Assembly (NCBI GenBank): GCA_964106645.2
Contig: OZ067050.1
Reading direction: 5' to 3' (one strand)
Source: Podarcis pityusensis
Lineage: Eukaryota
DNA length: 64,000 nt
Of the stretch, positions 57,670 to 64,000 are shown one piece after another. The translations under genes were made by a program, and so were the position numbers. The stretch's first letter is position 1; the number at the start of each line of letters is the position of its first letter. Under the pieces are notes generated by a model. It made no database searches. It was not told where the DNA came from and saw nothing but the letters and a program-made list of their open reading frames with translations.

Positions 57670-60056
57670 TACTAAACACCCTTTTCTCTTCCACCTATTT
57701 ATAAAGCTACCTTCCTTTCCTGTTCTGCAGACCCCTTCATGCCCCTGTTTTCATCTTCAACCCAGCCACATGCATCCTGCTGCCTTCTTTTTTTGCAACC
57801 TGTTTTGCACCCTCATTCATTATTTTTTCTCTCGACCCTCCTTACTTGCCTCAACTCTCCCTTGCAGATAGAGAGCTCTCATTTCCACACCTTCCAGAGT
57901 TGTGCAGTCCCATTTGTGAGCATGCACACAGGCTCACACACATGCAATTACCTTCACCCCCTTTCCCTAGCTCTTCCTCCTTTTTTCAAGTCTCCCTTGC
58001 GTACAGACCACCCTCAATTTCCATGCCTCCTCCTCTCTCATATTCTGCAACTCCCTTTGGGCATTCCACCCCATGCTGATATAAGTCATTGCATCTTTAA
58101 GATGATTAGAATAGAATCTTAGTTAAGAGCACTCCTGTCAGTTAGCTTATTCAGTTAGAAAATGTTAAGTCCAGTTGATGGATGTTGGGCATATATGGGT
58201 GTTTGCTTGTTGACAAAGTATCTGTTTTAAATTACTACACTGAAGCTGGAACTTCATGCTGAAGACAACACATGATACCAGGAGTGAAATACATGATTAT
58301 GGGATAGTACTATGGAGTATTTGAGAGCTGTGGAATAGAAGAAGTAGAAATTTAAAACAGCCTTCCAATCTTTCAAGGTCTCTTTCATCTTGTTGCAAGC
58401 CCTCAAAGGCTATTAAAACTCCTGTGTCTGAGGCCAATAAAACTTAGGAGCCAGGAGGAGATAAAGAGTCCATTGATTTATTCCTTTCCAAGCAATCGGT
58501 TACAGTCGGATCGTTCCGAAAAAGCTGCAACCGCGACTCTGATGCCTGGGGGTGATATTTATAAGATTTTTTACAGAAAACATTTCAATTTTCTCCAATC
58601 ATATGCATAGAAACATTTTCCCATTACCTCATTCTAATTGTTGGATACATTTCATGTTAGTGCGCTTGCGCAAGCTAAGCATAAGCACCGGCTGTTTTGC
58701 TCTCATGTATATGGTTCTATTCTCCATATAGAAACCCTGTGTTACATTTTTATAGCAAAATCGATTGTGCTTTGTTGAACCTACGCATATAGCTGCGTAT
58801 GTTCTGTGATGAAAATGTTTGCTTCTTCTCTTCCCATGGGAAAGGACACTTGCATAACAAAAGCTTTTTCAGCAGTTTCTAAGCTTTTACTTGGCATTTT
58901 CTTAAAGCTACAGGCTTCTGTGAGTTCCTTTTTCCAGTCTTACCAATTTTGGGGCCCCTCCCACAATCTCACTGTACTTAAATAATGCAAAAGATTGAGA
59001 AAAGCAGGGATGGAGAGACACTGAGGCTTAAAAACTAAAACCAAAAAACTAACACAACAGAGTCTTTCACAACTCCCTTCTTGCTCAAACCTTGTTTTAA
59101 ACTGCCACCTCTTTCCCTCAGTATCACCCTTGCTTGCTATACTCAAGCCTCTGCCATTTAGTATTGCCATTTCCCCCTCCATTTCTTCCTGCTTTATTCA
59201 AACTCCTGTTGTTTAAAGGTGCTTGGTGTTTCTCCACTCCCACTTTAGTCAAACCTCTGCCATTCTTTCAAACCATCATTTCCCCCCTCTCAGTTTCCAT
59301 CCTTTCCTTCTCCCATGCAATGGCCACTAGTGTTGTACAACCTGCCTTCATTTTTGCTCCTCTATCCCTCCCTGGCTTTGTGCAAATCCAGGGGTGTGGT
59401 GTGACACTACAAATCATCCAATGGGGGCTTCAGAAATACATTCTTACATTTTTATAATATTGAGGCACAAGGAAGAAGACAAAATGGCTTACTATCACCA
59501 ATTGTTTGTGAATCAGAAACATCTAAGGGTCATCAAAAGAATCCTGATCTGCCCATTTCTGGTTCATATTATTGACACAAGGGTCCCATTTTCCAAGCAC
59601 AATGCATTCCCAGGAAATTGCTCATTAGGCAAGTGTTTGCTTAACGAGCTGACAATTTCCATTCTTTCCTATAGGAACATTTCTATTTTGTGATTTGTCC
59701 AATATCCCTCCTCACTCCCTCCATGGTTTCTTTCTGAAACAGCTGCAGCCAACCATCAAATGAGAGACAAAGGGAAAGCTGATTTGTTCAATCTCTCCCC
59801 ACTTCCTCCCTGCCTGGTTTAAGCCTGAAAATGGCTGCCACTGACCAGCAAAGCACAAACAAGTAAGGGATTCAGCTGTTCAGATATCTGAATTGGTGGT
59901 GTGTATGGTAAGGTTTGGGTACTGATGCCTTGTGTTCAGATAAGTGAATTTTCGCATGGCAAGCATTCAGAAAGCGAGACCTGCACGTAATTTGATTCGG
60001 TTTTGGTCATTCTGTATTTTATGATTTTATATACTTCCTTGATATTTTTTCTGAGT

Positions 60057-60200
60057 NNNNNNNNNNNNNNNNNNNNNNNNNNNNNNNNNNNNNNNNNNNN
60101 NNNNNNNNNNNNNNNNNNNNNNNNNNNNNNNNNNNNNNNNNNNNNNNNNNNNNNNNNNNNNNNNNNNNNNNNNNNNNNNNNNNNNNNNNNNNNNNNNNNN
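60057..60200. other. Assembly gap (144 N) next to a (TAGAA)n repeat
   Basis: Run of N. Confidence 1.
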
Positions 60201-61752
60201 TAGAATAGAGTAGAATATTCTAGAATAGAATATTATATATTTGGTATATGAATATATACACTTGCTGTTTTCCCCTGGCTAAATTCAAATTGCACAAAGT
60301 GTTCCTTTCCAGCTCCACCCAAGTCATCTGGGTGTGACACATTCCATAAGTTTGGAATAGCCATTGCCCATCAAATAACAGGCCATACAAAAACCTAGAC
60401 AGTAAGGGCTACTTTGCGTAATGAAGAATAAGGCTGGTGATGTTATATGGCAACTATGCAGTTGCTTTTTCACACAATATATCTGCACAAATATATCCCA
60501 TCAAAGGGCTACCTATTAGCGTGGATGGCAGGAGTGCCAACTTGAATAAAATATTGGGAGAGGGGTCAGGTAAGCCATGCCCAGCATAATTGATCACAAG
60601 ACACAGTGCATGAGCACCATTTGAATGGCAATGCCCATCAACTCTATTTTATTAGGGAGGCCAAAGACCCCTTGGCCCCTGGGGGTTTGCTCCTGTAGTG
60701 GGTAGGAAACTGGAGATAGTGTTCAACTGAAAGCAGTCATGTGTAGATGAACATGCACAAAAGCTCATGCAGAAAAATCGGATCCATGTGACTGATGTGT
60801 ACATCAACACTTTGATGCGTACACAGCCACTGTTAAGCAATTTTGAGGATGAACCCTGAAAGCTTAGAATTGAGTACCCCTTCTCACCAGATCTATTTAC
60901 CTGATGTGCATCAACAGGAAGCCTTCTGCAAAAGGGCCTGCTGATATGTGTATTTTCCCTGAACAGATTTTTGTCCTGACCTTTGCTTATTCCTTGGCAG
61001 CCTTTGCCTAGCGTGTGGCTTGCCCTTTGCCAGTGGTGGCTTACTGATGTACAAATGCAATAAACTCCCTCTGGGGAAGGGCTGGGGGGGGGGGGGCTTA
61101 CACAGGCAGATGGGCAGTGCGCTGTTTGTTTGGTCTGGGTTTCCATAGAGAGTCACTCGCTGAAATTCTTTAGTGCTCTTGGAGAGAAGGGGGCAAAGAG
61201 AGGAGCAGAGGAAAAGTTCTCTTGGTGTGCAGAGCTCAGCTTTTTCAGCAGGCACTACTGCCTGTCTGGGAGCATAAAGCTAGAAAAAGGCAAATAACTT
61301 CTCCTCCTTAGTGGGGCTTGTCAGATGTGCTGTCAGGGCAGGATTTGAGGGCAGAAGTCCAGAGCCCTGCTCAGAAAAAGCTCCCTCATATGCAGCTGGA
61401 CTGGCTTACGAGCGTTCAAAGAACATTATCTTACCCCTCACGAGGCAATTTGGAGTAAGTGAAGTAAAACACTTTGCCATCAACAGAGCATTCTCCCCCT
61501 CCCATCCATAATACCATTAGGTAATGGTGTTATGGAAACTAATGGAAGGAAAGTACAACAGTTGCTTCAGGGGGCAGATTCAAGAGGGAATTGGAAATTT
61601 TACCCCTCCAGTGTCAACTTCAGTATGTAAAATTACGCACGAAAGGGACATCATTCACATATCAAGGCTGTTGATGCTGCTGCTGTTTTTACAGTAAAAG
61701 CTTGGAGGAGAAATCCATTGAACCCGGGTAGGGATCCAATGGCCCTCTAAAT

Positions 61753-61888
61753 CAGGCTTCCTCAACCTTGGCCCTCCAGATGTTTTTGGCGTACAACTCC
61801 CATGATCCCTAGCTAGCAGGACCAGTGGTCAGGGATGCTGGGAATTGTAGTCTCAAAACAACTGGAGGGCTGAGGTTGAGGGAGCCTG
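61753..61888. mobile_element. Hairpin hAT-like MITE (ACTACAACTCCCA family)
   Basis: CAGGCTTCCTCAACCT / AGGTTGAGGGAGCCTG TIR; core shared with 28130-28260. Confidence 0.85.
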
Positions 61889-64000
61889 CTTTCAGTGTTG
61901 TTGGGCTCCATGTCCCATTATGGCCAGTGGTCAGGAGGGATGATGGGAGCCGTAGTCCAACAAACACCCCGCAGGCTGAGCACCAGCCATTCATGCACTA
62001 AACCTTTCCCCCTCTTGCATCTTAGCACCTCACAGTCAGTTGTTCCAGGCGTTTTCTCCCTTTCTTCAGTTAATGGAGGTAGAAAAGGGAGCAAAGTGCC
62101 TGAAACAACCAACAGTGGAAAGGTAAGATGCAGGAAGAGAGAAATTTAGCTCCTCTCTCCCACGTGGGGGGCTTTTTTTCAGCTGGAGTTTGCTGGGATT
62201 AAGTTCTGGCACCTCTCAGGTGGGTGCCATTGCCATTCTAAGAGAATGAGGCAGGTGTTAATGGTGAGTTTCAGCACCTCTTTTTGTAGAAAAGTAGGAC
62301 TCAAACCCCTACCACCACCTGTACCACTTTACATGTGAATAAGCAACACACCTAAAAAACCCCCACAATGGTCTACCACATCACAATCCAGTGTGTATGT
62401 TTGGGCCTTGCCCAAAGTATGGGAAATAGGGTTCTTTTTTGTTATTTGACGAAGTGTCTTGGTGGGCAGTGTATAACATCTTCCCAACCGAATTGAAGAC
62501 TTTCCTGAGCTCTGAGCTGCACCTTAGGGTGTGAGCCTTGTCAGAAACCTCCCAGATTGATACCACCGTGCCTAATTAATCAGGAGGTTTATCACTCCAT
62601 TTGATTAATATTGCCTCACCTCCATCTTTGATGTGGGTTACATAAACTCACCCAGGTTGGTCACCGACCTGTGAACTATCCAGGCCAGTCATCTCTGGGT
62701 ACTGCAGCCATGGCAACCCCCTCCCTATAAACACTTTTGCTCCTTTAGAGTCAAGATTGTTCCGTTGCCATAGCCAAAGATGGCTCATGCAGCTTCCATC
62801 CGGGGGGGGGGGGTCCAGAATGGGTCAGGAACTGGACCCATTATGATGCCCATTGTTCCATTCCATGACTGATCCTCCTTAACCGTCAGTCTTGCTGCCC
62901 TGGAGCCCATCCAGCTGGCGGGTGGCACATTCCTGCCTAATGAACCTCCAGGCAACAGCTGCAGACTTGGGCGCTGTTTACCTTGGCAAGGGTGCTTTCT
63001 GTTGGTCATTATCCTGGCACAGTAATGAGGGGATCAACACTCAGCTGGTATTTTGAGCTGGAGTTTTAGCGTCATGTATAGACCAAGATAAACCACTGAC
63101 TTTATGTGGTACGCTGTGGGGGGTTGTTGTTGTTGATGATGTTGATTATTATTATTATTTTGCTAAAACCACCACTGTGTTCACAATGTGCTCTAGCCTC
63201 TGCTTCTAGCAATGGTTATTCAGAGCATGAGATCCCAGTTTGAATTTCAGGTCAACCAGAACTTGCTGTGTGGCCTCAGACCGGCCTCAGACTCTCAGGC
63301 CCCCCTCATCTGCGCTACTGGGATTAAAAATACTGGCTAACCTCACAGTATTGTATTACTGGAATCTGAGCGCTTGTAGCATTTCTAGGAAAACACTAAA
63401 GTATCATTAGTGCTTGATTGTAGTGAAAATGAAACCACTGTTTAGTGGTTACGTATACAAAAACATGGATAACATAAAGTGAAACAAGCTTCAAAGGGAG
63501 ACCTGTCATTAGGAACACGGTTATAACATTTAAAACTTATCTATTCAGGCATCTGGTTATCACAGAGGTCTATGGGAAGCCTGCAAGAAGAACCTCATTG
63601 GCTCTTTTAGGAGGCTGAAGCTATGACTATATATGCATACATTAGCTATACAAGCACACTGAGCCTACCAAAGCTGAAAAATTTAATTATTTCCTTACTG
63701 TGTAATAATTATATTTAATTTACTTTAGGATTCAGAATTAATGTTCTGTTTTTATTTTTCTACATTCTCATATCAACTTTACCTCAAGTAATATTTCTAG
63801 AAAAAGGTTCTTAGGTGTATGTGGTCTCCCCCTTTCCCATTTTTATCCTCACAAGAAACCTGTGAGGTAAATTTATTATGCTGAAAAGTGGTGACCAGAC
63901 ATCACAACAATAAAGGAATTTGAACACAGATTTCTCCTAAGTCCTACTGCTATTGCCCACATCATACTTGCTTTCCAGTTTCTTTCTCCTTTCTTAGGTG

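Noticed and set aside
60652-61146. 164-aa ORF with donor near 60900 as an N-terminal SBK exon
   Set aside because: Splicing to 55237 gives CCA TGA, an immediate stop; no homology recognised.

Overview
Vertebrate genomic DNA from a squamate, most likely a lacertid lizard (Sauria SINE, Squam3-like SINE, CR1 and abundant Tc1/mariner and hAT MITEs). The window matches the conserved ZNF628-NAT14-SSC5D block of human 19q13.42. Four protein-coding genes can be rebuilt on the minus strand from GT-AG splice sites: (1) an SSC5D-like secreted scavenger-receptor protein (10 exons, 21996->10375, ~952 aa) with only three SRCR domains; (2) NAT14 (207 aa); (3) ZNF628 (one ~1200-aa coding exon, 18 C2H2 fingers, expanded Q-rich repeat); (4) a 319-aa SBK-family Ser/Thr kinase (55235->51521) on the side of ZNF628 where humans have no SBK gene, with a candidate muscle-type promoter. 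The left edge holds a young Ty3/Gypsy (Mag-like) retrotransposon with an unbroken gag-pol ORF, a tRNA-Ser(GCU) primer site and a 370-bp LTR, inserted inside a Tc1/mariner MITE. A very decayed L1/Tx1-type LINE relic lies at ~45.7-47.2 kb and an assembly gap at 60057-60200. Nothing here is demonstrably a new biological system. The best leads are the extra SBK paralog, the three-domain SSC5D, the nested intact retrotransposon, and MITEs carrying ZNF143/THAP11-type motifs. Gene names come from my recall of the human proteins; no search was run.
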